A DNA stretch of 64,000 nt from contig JADZDJ010000177.1 of the NCBI GenBank assembly GCA_020851115.1, positions 1,214 through 65,213 on the forward strand. The letters run 5' to 3'. This DNA is from Pirellulales bacterium. Lineage in GTDB: Bacteria > Planctomycetota > Planctomycetia > Pirellulales > JADZDJ01. The notes beneath the pieces are model-generated. The model was given only the letters and a program-made list of their open reading frames with translations, had not been told where the DNA came from and did not search any database. The translations under genes were made by a program, and so were the position numbers. This document shows positions 29,768-38,554 of the stretch, in pieces (position 1 is the stretch's first letter; every line of letters starts with the position of its first letter).

Positions 29768-30022
29768 GCGTGAGCGGGGGGCATTTCAGCGACGCAAAAC
29801 AGCATCGAGAGCCGCCGCGGAATCGCGATTCGGCCCAATGGCCGTCGAATTCACCGCTCATTGCAGCCATCCTTCCAGCGGGATACGATATTTAAAGCAG
29901 TCCGCCGGGTCCATCGGACCGCAGTTTGCCGTCGACCAACCTTTCCAGGCTAACCCGTTGCGAAAACACGTCAGGCGTATTCGCTCGACCTACTGAATTG
30001 GGGAAAACCAGCCTTGCCAGCC

Positions 30023-31453
30023 ATGTCGGAATGGACCTCGGAACAAATCGCTCAAGCCGCGCTCGACCGCGACCTTGTCACCCAGCGCCAACTCAGCGAC
30101 GTCTGGAATGAATTGGGAACAGGTCACGACGTCGATCCCGAGCAATTCAAGCAGTGTCTGCTGCGCCGCGAACTGCTCACCAATTACCAACTCGAAAAGC
30201 TGCTCAAAGGGGACCGCGGGGGATACTACTACGGCGATTATAAAGTGCTGTATCTCGTCGGCCGCGGCACGTTTGCTCGGGTCTATCGCGCCACCCATCG
30301 CCACACGGGCCAGATGCGGGCGATTAAGGTGTTGCGTAGCCAGTTCTTCAAGGAAAAAAAGGATCGCGACAATTTCATGCGTGAAGGCGAAATGGGCAAG
30401 GCCCTCCGCCATCCAAACATCGTCAGTCTGCTGGAAGCGGTCGAGTTGCCGCACTGCTGTTATCTGGTGATGGAATTCATCGAAGGCCAGAACCTGCGCG
30501 AATTTCTCAAGCGCCGCGGGCACTTCGATCCGATCGAGGCCACGCGGATCGCGATCGATATTTGTCGCGGTCTCGATTACGCCTTTCAGCGCGGCGTGAC
30601 TCACCGCGACTTGAAGTCCTCCAACGTGCTCGTCTCCAGCCTCGGCCAAGCGAAACTGGTGGATTTCGGCCTGGCGGGCTTCGACGAAGACGAAAAATCG
30701 GAAAACGCGCGAACCATCGACTATGCCGCGCTCGAACGCGCCACTGGTGTGCGCAAAGACGACACCCGCAGCGACATTTTCTTCCTCGGCTGCATTTATT
30801 ACCAAATGCTCTGCGGCCGAACCGCGCTCGAGGAAACTCGCGACCGATCGGTCCGCTTGAGCCGCACGCGACTGGAATCGATCGTTCCCATTACGGAGCT
30901 GAAGCCCTATTTGCCTGCCGAGATTGTCGCGGTCGTCAATAAGGCGATCAAGCTCGATCCGGAATCGCGCCATCAAACTCCTTCCGAAATGCTGGGAGAA
31001 TTGCTGGCCATCGCTTCCCATGCGCCGGCGCCAGGCCGCAACGGCGAGGACCAGAAAGCATCGGCAGCGCCCGCCAAGCAGCGGACGCTGCTAATTATCG
31101 AGCAAAATCCGCAATTGCTCGAAAACCTTCGCAGTCAATTTAAGCACAAGGGCTATCGTGTGCTGGCAAGCGCCGATCCCCAACGTCCGGCCGGACTGTT
31201 TACGGACACGAACCGTCCGGCCGATTGCGTGCTGTTCAGTGCATCCAGCCTCGGCGAAGAGTCGCTGGAAGCCTTTAACGCGTTCGCGGAACTGCCGCAA
31301 ACCAAGTCGGTGCCAGCCGTGTTGTTGCTCGGTCCAAAGCAGCAAGGCTGGACCAGTCGCGCGAAAACCGACGACATTCGCGCCATCGCCACAGCGCCGA
31401 TCAAGATGAAAGAACTTCTCGCGCTGTTTGATAAGCTCTCCGGCAGTACGTAG
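30023..31453 (+). CDS. Ser/Thr protein kinase with a C-terminal receiver-like domain
   Basis: GRGTFARVY, AIKVL, HPNIV, HRDLKSSN, DFGLA, SDIFFLG; C-terminal TLLIIEQN..GYRVL..VPAVLL. Confidence 0.9.
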   Translation: MSEWTSEQIAQAALDRDLVTQRQLSDVWNELGTGHDVDPEQFKQCLLRRELLTNYQLEKLLKGDRGGYYYGDYKVLYLVGRGTFARVYRATHRHTGQMRAIKVLRSQFFKEKKDRDNFMREGEMGKALRHPNIVSLLEAVELPHCCYLVMEFIEGQNLREFLKRRGHFDPIEATRIAIDICRGLDYAFQRGVTHRDLKSSNVLVSSLGQAKLVDFGLAGFDEDEKSENARTIDYAALERATGVRKDDTRSDIFFLGCIYYQMLCGRTALEETRDRSVRLSRTRLESIVPITELKPYLPAEIVAVVNKAIKLDPESRHQTPSEMLGELLAIASHAPAPGRNGEDQKASAAPAKQRTLLIIEQNPQLLENLRSQFKHKGYRVLASADPQRPAGLFTDTNRPADCVLFSASSLGEESLEAFNAFAELPQTKSVPAVLLLGPKQQGWTSRAKTDDIRAIATAPIKMKELLALFDKLSGST

Positions 31454-31612
31454 TCGAGCTTCACGCGCAATTGCTTGGCCGATCGGTTCGGCGAGGTTTC
31501 GTCTGGCGACAAAACACGCTCGCGTCGATGCCATCGTCTCGGCGCAACCTCTGTTGGTACAGATGTTTACATCACTAACTGAAAATATTCTCTCCTGATC
31601 TGAATTTTCTGG

Positions 31613-31640
31613 TTGACTTGCGTCTCGATCTTTGTATGAT
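31613..31640 (+). promoter_or_regulatory. Putative sigma70 promoter of island 2
   Basis: TTGACT (31613-31618), 16-bp spacer, TATGAT (31635-31640) in an AT-rich patch; GTAC-AGAT-GTTT at 31557-31568. Confidence 0.6.
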
Positions 31641-31688
31641 CGCTAGTACAGTAAACAACTGAATGGTATTTGTGAGAGCCGCTGAGTC

Positions 31689-31748
31689 GAGCGGTATCAG
31701 ATCGAAGCCCGTCACCGGACGCATCCGGCGACGGGCTTTTTTCGTTGC
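31689..31748 (+). terminator. 5'-leader intrinsic terminator / attenuator (leader element copy 2)
   Basis: GAGCGGTATCAGATCG-AAGCCCGTC-A-CCGGA-CGCA-TCCGG-C-GACGGGCTT-TTTTCGTTGC, located between the promoter and the first ORF. Confidence 0.78.
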
Positions 31749-31804
31749 TGCTCCCGCGAAATATCCCGTTTCCGCCACCAACCCTCCTCAACAGGAAATT
31801 CTCC

Positions 31805-32209
31805 ATGTCCGTCCAAATCTCACCCCTCGTTCATGTTCCGTCGTTGCGCGAACTGCTCGAACTGGTTGCCATGTTGCGCGACTTTCGCCAGCCGCTCGGT
31901 TCGTCCGAAGGACTGCGTAGCGCGATCGACATGCTGCTCAAGCTCGGCCAGGCGCTCGGCGTCGATCCGACCTTACTCGCCAGGCTGCGTTCGCTGTCTG
32001 AAGATCCGCATCTCTTCGAACTTGCGCTCGCCGTGCTGCGCTATGCGTTGAGCTTCAGGAATCCAACGTCGCAATCGACCATTTCGCTCGAGTCGTCAAG
32101 CGATACGAATCAGGCGGAATTTTCCTCGCAATCACTTGGCTTCGCGGAATGGTTCACATTGCTCATGCAACTCTTCGAACTGTTGCGACGTTTGCGAAAG
32201 GACGCGTAG
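31805..32209 (+). CDS. Hypothetical helical protein with an amphipathic/hydrophobic C-terminal helix and basic tail
   Basis: RBS AGGA; ends GFAEWFTLLMQLFELLRRLRKDA. Confidence 0.65.
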   Translation: MSVQISPLVHVPSLRELLELVAMLRDFRQPLGSSEGLRSAIDMLLKLGQALGVDPTLLARLRSLSEDPHLFELALAVLRYALSFRNPTSQSTISLESSSDTNQAEFSSQSLGFAEWFTLLMQLFELLRRLRKDA

Positions 32210-32306
32210 TTCGCACTCTCCTCGCCGATCTACCCCGCGGCAATGGATCTGTTTGACTGTCGATCGCCGTTTCCTGGCTCCTGAACCCTGAACCCTCATC
32301 TCTCCC

Positions 32307-33305
32307 ATGCCACACCTCCCACCGTTTCGTATTGAATCTACCTTCACCACGCTGGCCGAAACCATCGACTGGGGGCTGCTTGCCTACCACATTCCCGATC
32401 ACTGGAAGCAAACTCGCGGCAGCGGGGTGAAGGTCGCCGTGCTCGACACCGGCATCGACGAAGCCCATCCTGATCTCGTCGAAGCTCTGGACGATGCCCG
32501 CGATTTTACTCGTAGCCGCTTCGGCCCGATCGATCGCCACGGCCACGGCACGCATACCGCCGGCACGATTGGCGCGCGTCAGAATACTGTCGGCGTGGTC
32601 GGCGTTGCTCCCGATTGTCGCCTGCTCGTGGGCAAAGTGCTGGGCGATTCTGGCGCAGGGCCGACGTCGGCCGTTGCCGCCGGCATCGACTGGGCTTGCG
32701 ACGCAGGGGCCAACATCCTCAGTCTGTCGCTCGGCTCGGCGCAGCCCGAACGCGAACTGCTGGCGGTCGTTGAACGCGCCGCCTCGAAGGGCAAATTCAT
32801 CATCGCCGCCGCCGGCAACGACGGCCGCGACAATAGCGTGAACTATCCCGCGCGATGGCGCGACACTATCGCAGTAGCCGCCGTGAATCGCGACGGCCAA
32901 GTGACACGTTTCTCCTCGCGTGGCCCGGAGGTTGATATCGCCGCCCCGGGTGAAGACATCCTCTCCACTTGGCTGCACGGCGGCTACGCAAAACTCTCCG
33001 GCACCAGCATGGCGACGCCGTTTGTCTCTGGCGTGGTGGCGCTCGCAGTCTCTTTGCATCGCAATTTGCAGCGCCCCGAAACGCCGCTTCGCAACGTCGC
33101 CGACCTGCGCGAGCAGCTTCGACGCACCGCCACCGATGCCGGCGCCACCGGTCAAGATCCAAGCTACGGCTGGGGCCTAATCAACCCCGATGCGCTGCTG
33201 CAAGCCGAAGAGGCGACTGCACCGCCAGCGCCGCCAGCCGATGCGCCGGAAATCTCGGTGCCGGGAGTCTGGATCTGGATCCCCGGAGGCAAAGTTCGCT
33301 CTTAA
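32307..33305 (+). CDS. S8 subtilisin-like serine protease with no signal peptide (ISP-like)
   Basis: VAVLDTGID, HGHGTHTAGTI, AAAGN, SGTSMATP; short N-terminal extension HLPPF. Confidence 0.93.
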   Translation: MPHLPPFRIESTFTTLAETIDWGLLAYHIPDHWKQTRGSGVKVAVLDTGIDEAHPDLVEALDDARDFTRSRFGPIDRHGHGTHTAGTIGARQNTVGVVGVAPDCRLLVGKVLGDSGAGPTSAVAAGIDWACDAGANILSLSLGSAQPERELLAVVERAASKGKFIIAAAGNDGRDNSVNYPARWRDTIAVAAVNRDGQVTRFSSRGPEVDIAAPGEDILSTWLHGGYAKLSGTSMATPFVSGVVALAVSLHRNLQRPETPLRNVADLREQLRRTATDAGATGQDPSYGWGLINPDALLQAEEATAPPAPPADAPEISVPGVWIWIPGGKVRS

Positions 33306-33494
33306 AAAGCTACAACGAGAATCTAGATGGATACCACTAGGGAACGTGGTTGAAAGAGATGGCTACCGAAAGGAAATGCGCGAAAAAGACGCTCTAGCAG
33401 CATCGCGATGCAATCTCGTTCCGATTTGATCGATCCGGCTTTCAGCCCCGTTCATCGGTTTTCTCACGATTTCACAGTTCGAACAGAACTTAAC

Positions 33495-35033
33495 ATGATC
33501 ATGCCGCCAATTTTTCTTATCGCCGTTGTCGCGATCGCACCGGCCGACGAAGTTCGCGCGGCGGCAGCCGACGTCGAGCGTTTGCCGCACGAAGCACAAG
33601 CCGGCGTGCGCTATCTTACGCTCTACAACATCGAACCTTCGCGGCGGATGCAAGCCTTGCGGGTTGTCAACTACACACTCAACGCGCTCAGTCGAACGCG
33701 AACCATCAGTCACGTCACGTCGATTTCGCCAACGCTTGTGCGATTCAGCGTCGCGCAATTTGCCCCGCGGCCCGACGAATTCACGGCTTGGTTCAATGCC
33801 TGGGAAAAGCTCGCGGAGAGCGACCCGTATCTTCACCTTCGGACTGAAGTTGTCGAGCAGGGGCGCGGATCGAGGGGTGAAGGGCAAGATACCGTCAACA
33901 TCCATCGTTCATTCCTCGACTCACGATCCTCGCACCTCATTGTATCCACCGACGGCGGTTGGACCGATCTGGCTGCCGCCGCACGACTGCGCAGCGCCAC
34001 TCACTCGATTGGCGCACTGCTGCGGGCCGATTATTTTGTCGCTACTGTCACCGCTGCGCCGCAATACTACGAATTGGCCGGCATTCCCGATAACGAAACC
34101 GACTTCGTAAAATCTCTCGGCCTGGATCGCAACGTCGTCGATCGCCTGCGAGCCAATGCCGGCGCCAATGTCATCGTCAGCGGCGTTACCAGCAAACCGC
34201 GACGCATTATTTGGTCGCAAGGTCCGCTGGGTGGCGTCTATGTCACGCTCGACGTGCAGCAAGTCGACGCCGAGCGCGATCCGCTGCGGCGACCGGTTAG
34301 CGTGGAGGGGCGAAGTTGGACGGCTGAGGAGCGAGAGAATCCAAAGACAACTCTCTCTTCCCACTCTCGTCGATCTTCGACGCTTGCCTTCCGCTTCGAC
34401 GCCAGCGAGTGGTTCGCCGTCGCGCCCAACGGCCTGTGGCGAACCGCGCTATTCAACTCGGCTGGCAAACGCCAAGACGCCGTCCCCGATCGAGTCGCCA
34501 AAGACACTTCCGATCCGCACGGCGACGGGATCGTCGTGCCGATGATCTCGTGCATTCGTTGCCACCGAGAATCTGGCCTGCGTCCGTTCGCCGACGATCA
34601 AACGCGCCTGCTTGCCGGCCGGGTCGATCTATTCAGCGACGATCCGAAAATCGTCCAGCGGGCCGCCGAGTTCTACGACGAGCCGCGATTGCAACGACAG
34701 ATGAATTTCGACCGCGAAACGTATGCGGCTGCCCTCGATCGAATCGCCGGTGGATTGAAACCTGACGAACTTGCCGACGATCTCGCGGCCGTCGTTCGTA
34801 ACTACGCCTATTTACCCATCACGCCCGACGTTGCCGCCCGCGAAGTCGGCTTGTCGCACGAAGCCTTTCGCGCGGCGCTTGCCACGACGCAAGACCCCAT
34901 CATCCTCACGCTGCTCGAAGGACGCCCCGTGCTGCGCGGCCAATGGGATTCCAGCTTCGCCGAGGCGGCGCTGGTCGCGTCAGAATACTTACCATCGAGG
35001 CACAGAGGCGCCGAGAAGACACTCCCAGAATAA
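33495..35033 (+). CDS. Exported protein with a single CxxCH (putative c-type cytochrome)
   Basis: Hydrophobic N-terminus; FDASEW...PNGLW..LFN..GKRQD..P..VA.D motif followed by SCIRCH. Confidence 0.7.
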   Translation: MIMPPIFLIAVVAIAPADEVRAAAADVERLPHEAQAGVRYLTLYNIEPSRRMQALRVVNYTLNALSRTRTISHVTSISPTLVRFSVAQFAPRPDEFTAWFNAWEKLAESDPYLHLRTEVVEQGRGSRGEGQDTVNIHRSFLDSRSSHLIVSTDGGWTDLAAAARLRSATHSIGALLRADYFVATVTAAPQYYELAGIPDNETDFVKSLGLDRNVVDRLRANAGANVIVSGVTSKPRRIIWSQGPLGGVYVTLDVQQVDAERDPLRRPVSVEGRSWTAEERENPKTTLSSHSRRSSTLAFRFDASEWFAVAPNGLWRTALFNSAGKRQDAVPDRVAKDTSDPHGDGIVVPMISCIRCHRESGLRPFADDQTRLLAGRVDLFSDDPKIVQRAAEFYDEPRLQRQMNFDRETYAAALDRIAGGLKPDELADDLAAVVRNYAYLPITPDVAAREVGLSHEAFRAALATTQDPIILTLLEGRPVLRGQWDSSFAEAALVASEYLPSRHRGAEKTLPE

Positions 35034-35172
35034 TTCGGCACGAGTGCCAAGGTCGACCAACCATCGATCATTCCCATCAAGAGTTCTGTTCGGCTCCGCG
35101 CCTCTGTGTCTCGGTGGTGAGAAACATGTCGTAACGTCATTTCGATTTCCTCTTATCCCAGGAGCAGTTCCC

Positions 35173-35655
35173 ATGAAACGCAAATTGATTGTCTCGCTTG
35201 TCGCTGTTGTCTCGATTGTTTCAAACTCCACGGTTCGTGCCGCCTGCCATGGGGTGCGCGTGCGACACGTGCAACATCATCACGCGACAACAACAAAAGT
35301 CGTCGTACCGTTTGCCGTACCCGTTGCCGTCCCCGTGGCAGTTGCGTCGCCGTATTTCTACGGCTATTCGCAGTTTGCCGTTGATCCGTCCACAGCAGTG
35401 ATCGATCCGCGCGCCCATGACGCCGCGGTTTCTTCGGCGTCCAGAGCGCAATCGCCGATCGCCCAACACTGCGCCACTTGCCACAGCAGCGTCTCGCCCG
35501 CCGGAGAATTGTCGCTTCAGCACGTCGAAAAGCTATCGCTCGCCGACCGCCTGGCCGCCATTCGCGCCGTGCTCAGTCGCCGCATGCCGAAAGGTGCAAA
35601 ACTCGACGACGACCAACTGCGCGGCGTCGTTGAGGAATTAGCGAATTACGACTGA
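35173..35655 (+). CDS. Small exported mono-heme cytochrome c-like protein
   Basis: RBS GGAG; signal peptide MKRKLIVSLVAVVSIV..VRA; HCATCH ... RMPK (distal Met). Confidence 0.72.
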   Translation: MKRKLIVSLVAVVSIVSNSTVRAACHGVRVRHVQHHHATTTKVVVPFAVPVAVPVAVASPYFYGYSQFAVDPSTAVIDPRAHDAAVSSASRAQSPIAQHCATCHSSVSPAGELSLQHVEKLSLADRLAAIRAVLSRRMPKGAKLDDDQLRGVVEELANYD

Positions 35656-35794
35656 CCTGTCGTCGCGCGCAGAGGTGCAAAGTTCGCAGAGATATTGACT
35701 GGAACCGGACATTATCGCTGCGCTCATTGCGCCTCTGCGCAAAACTTTCCTTTCACCCTCCGCGGGTTTTCATCCGCGGCAATCGACCATACCG

Positions 35795-35977
35795 ATGAAC
35801 GATCAAGCTTCAAATCCGACGAATCGCAGTGGCATGAACCCATCACGCCCCCTGCGTAAAATCACGATCCCCGCTCTCTTCCAACTCGTCGTCGAGTGCC
35901 GCGACGAGGATCAGCAGCGCAAGCTGTACGAACAATTCATTGCCGCCGGCCATAAGTGCAAAGTAATGACGCTGTGA
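35795..35977 (+). CDS. 60-aa protein resembling the C-terminal domain of phage ParB-like proteins
   Basis: FQLVVECRDEDQQRKLYEQFIAAGHKCKVMTL, directly upstream of the ABC-GNAT gene. Confidence 0.55.
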   Translation: MNDQASNPTNRSGMNPSRPLRKITIPALFQLVVECRDEDQQRKLYEQFIAAGHKCKVMTL

Positions 35978-36074
35978 AGGCAAATGAAGAACGATGAACA
36001 AAGCTGTCGTCGTTCGACGTTGATTGTAACCCCCAACCACTTCCTCCCGACCACTGCCCCCGGACACCTGGCCC

Positions 36075-37436
36075 ATGCTCCACCAGATCCAACTCGCCTG
36101 CCCGCTCTGCGACTCCTTTCGCGTACAGCAAATCGCCGGCATGTTCGATGTGCCACTCGACGAAAAGCTGACCGAAGAATTTACGGTCGAAATCCCGGCG
36201 CTCGATTCATTTCCCTGGCAAATCGGCCTCATCGTTGGCCCTTCGGGCAGCGGTAAAACGACGCTCGCCAGATCATTGTTTGGCAAGCGATTCATCGAAC
36301 ACATTCGGTGGCCAAACGATCGTGCCGTCATCGATTGCATCGACCAAGGAATCCAGGTTTCGGGGTACAGAATTCAAGAAAACCAGCACGCGAAATCCAC
36401 AGGGGATTCCAAGATGTCGATTCGCGACACGATCAACCTACTGACAGCCGTCGGCTTCAGCTCGCCACCGTCGTGGATCAAACCCTATCACGTCCTTAGT
36501 CGCGGCGAGCGCTTCCGATGCGATCTGGCGAGAGCACTGGCAGCAGCCGCGACAACTTCTCAATTCTTACCGAACACCGAACCTCGACCCCTGAACCCGC
36601 TCGTGGCCTTCGACGAATTTACCAGCCTCGTCGATCGTCGCGTCGCCCGTTTTGGATCGGCCGCAATCGCCAAAGCCATCCACTCTGGCCGTGTTCGGAC
36701 GCAGTTTGTCGCCGTCACTTGTCACTACGACGTCCTCGATTGGCTTGCGCCCGATTGGGTGATCGATATGGCAACGCGCGAATTCGTGCGGAGGTCGCTT
36801 CGTCGACGACCCATTCCACTCGAAGTCCAACGCTGCCACCGCTCTGAATGGCGACGTTTTGCGCGTCATCACTATCTGAACGGCGCGTTGAATCCGTCGG
36901 CGCAATGCTACGTGGCGCTGTGGCGCGACAGGTCAGTGGTCAATGACCACTTGCCATTCGCAACTGACGAGAGGCCGTTGGCAATGGCCTCTGAAACAGA
37001 TCTCCATCCAGTGGCGCTGTGCGCAACTCTGCCGATCATGGGTCGCAAAAATCACCGGCGCATTACGCGCCTCGTCACGCTTCCCGACTTTCAAGGCTTG
37101 GGCATTGGCATGCGACTAGCCGAAACGGTGGCCGAGTTCCATCGCGCCCAAGGTCAGCGTGTGAACATCACCGGCAGCCATCCAAGCCTCATCGCCCATT
37201 GCCGGCGCTCGCCGAAGTGGCGCGTTGTGCAAGTCCGAAAAACCGGCGCTGGCCGACATTCCGATTTCGGCGCTCACTGCCGCACCAGCATCGGCCGGGC
37301 CGTCGTTTCATTTGAGTATGAGGGTTCAGGGTTCGGGGTCCAGCAGAGATGGAAAGAATTCTTTGCGAGGATTAATTCTTCCCCAAACGACCCGACATTG
37401 GAAATCACGTACACAAAGCCAGCTTTGGTCAGTTGA
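36075..37436 (+). CDS. ABC-type ATPase / GNAT (Mom-like) acetyltransferase fusion
   Basis: Walker A GPSGSGKT, LSRGE signature, Walker B VAFDEFTS, VTCHYD; then FARHHYL and RITRLVTLPDFQGLGIG (acetyl-CoA motif). No TM segments. Confidence 0.85.
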   Translation: MLHQIQLACPLCDSFRVQQIAGMFDVPLDEKLTEEFTVEIPALDSFPWQIGLIVGPSGSGKTTLARSLFGKRFIEHIRWPNDRAVIDCIDQGIQVSGYRIQENQHAKSTGDSKMSIRDTINLLTAVGFSSPPSWIKPYHVLSRGERFRCDLARALAAAATTSQFLPNTEPRPLNPLVAFDEFTSLVDRRVARFGSAAIAKAIHSGRVRTQFVAVTCHYDVLDWLAPDWVIDMATREFVRRSLRRRPIPLEVQRCHRSEWRRFARHHYLNGALNPSAQCYVALWRDRSVVNDHLPFATDERPLAMASETDLHPVALCATLPIMGRKNHRRITRLVTLPDFQGLGIGMRLAETVAEFHRAQGQRVNITGSHPSLIAHCRRSPKWRVVQVRKTGAGRHSDFGAHCRTSIGRAVVSFEYEGSGFGVQQRWKEFFARINSSPNDPTLEITYTKPALVS

Positions 37437-37705
37437 GCTTGTGAGATCGCCCACGGCTTGGCTTCGGCTTCGGCCATCCGCGCTTTCATACTTTCTATTT
37501 CGGCGCTGGTCACTCGCCATGTGTCAACTAAGAGCGACAGCGGCCACTCCATTTGCCTAGATAATTCGATCTTGATTCTCGGCCGTTAACCGCGGCAAAA
37601 TAGTCGTTGCTGCGGCGCGAGGCATTTAGTTTTCATCGCGGTTCGCTGGTTTGGATAAGATGCGGCTGGGTCTGCCGCGATGCCACTTTACATGGAGGTT
37701 CATGC

Positions 37706-38554
37706 ATGAACGAGTTTGGGTATTTTCCTCCGGTTGCACAACTGCTGAATCTCGGCGAAACAAATGGCTGCGACCCTGACTGCTGGCCCGACTATTTGGC
37801 GATGGGGTTTGCCGCGGAGCATGTATCTGAGCTGACGCGGATGGCGACCGATGCGCGGCTCGACCATTGTTATTCCGATCGGCCGGAAGTATGGGCCCCG
37901 ATTCATGCCCGGCGAACGCTGGGGCAATTGCGGGCCGCGTCGTCGGCTGAGAGGCTCTTGGCCCACCTGGCCTCCCGATTGGAGGACGACATCGACGATT
38001 CGACGATGGAGGAATTGCCGGTCGTGCTTGGCATGTTCGGCGAGCCGATCATTCCGCAATTGGTGAAGTTTATCAAGCGGCGAGATTTGGGCTGCGACAT
38101 TCGAGCCGCCGGCGCTCGGGCTTTGGTGGAAGTAGGACAGCGCTCGCCCGATAGTTGGCCGCAGTGCGTTGCCGCCCTGGCCGAGCTATTGGAAAACTTC
38201 ACGCAGCACAATCCCACGCTTAACAGCTATGTGATCAACGATCTTGTCGAACTGAAGGCCATCGAAACATTGTCGTTGATCGAGCGAGCGTATCAGGCCG
38301 ACGCCGTCGACGTATCGATCATCGGCGATTTCGAGGAAGTCGAGGTGACCATGGGCGTCAAGGCGCGGCGAGTCAATCTGTGGCCGGTCGGTCACTTTTG
38401 GGGCATCAGCGACGATCGACCCTCCAACACGATGGTCGACGGGGGCTACCTATATGCCCAGCATCGCAAGAATCAGCGCACCGCCAAAGCGAAAGCAAAA
38501 GCCAGGCGAAAGCAGCAAGCGAAGCAAAGCCAACAAAGTCGCCGACGACGTTGA
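37706..38554 (+). CDS. DUF1186-like / HEAT-repeat protein with a basic tail
   Basis: WAPIHA.R.LGQLRA, LVELKA.E...IERAY..DAVD.SIIGD; C-terminus KAKARRKQQAKQSQQSRRRR; RBS GGAGG. Confidence 0.65.
   Translation: MNEFGYFPPVAQLLNLGETNGCDPDCWPDYLAMGFAAEHVSELTRMATDARLDHCYSDRPEVWAPIHARRTLGQLRAASSAERLLAHLASRLEDDIDDSTMEELPVVLGMFGEPIIPQLVKFIKRRDLGCDIRAAGARALVEVGQRSPDSWPQCVAALAELLENFTQHNPTLNSYVINDLVELKAIETLSLIERAYQADAVDVSIIGDFEEVEVTMGVKARRVNLWPVGHFWGISDDRPSNTMVDGGYLYAQHRKNQRTAKAKAKARRKQQAKQSQQSRRRR

Noticed and set aside
8270..37436. One continuous 29-kb prophage spanning both islands
   Set aside because: The intervening 17 kb is host housekeeping (kdsCD, shc, hpnH, peroxidase, kinase); no integrase, att repeat, terminase, tail or replication genes are seen.
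36075..37436. ABC transporter subunit
   Set aside because: No permease or binding protein nearby, and the ATPase is fused to a GNAT domain.
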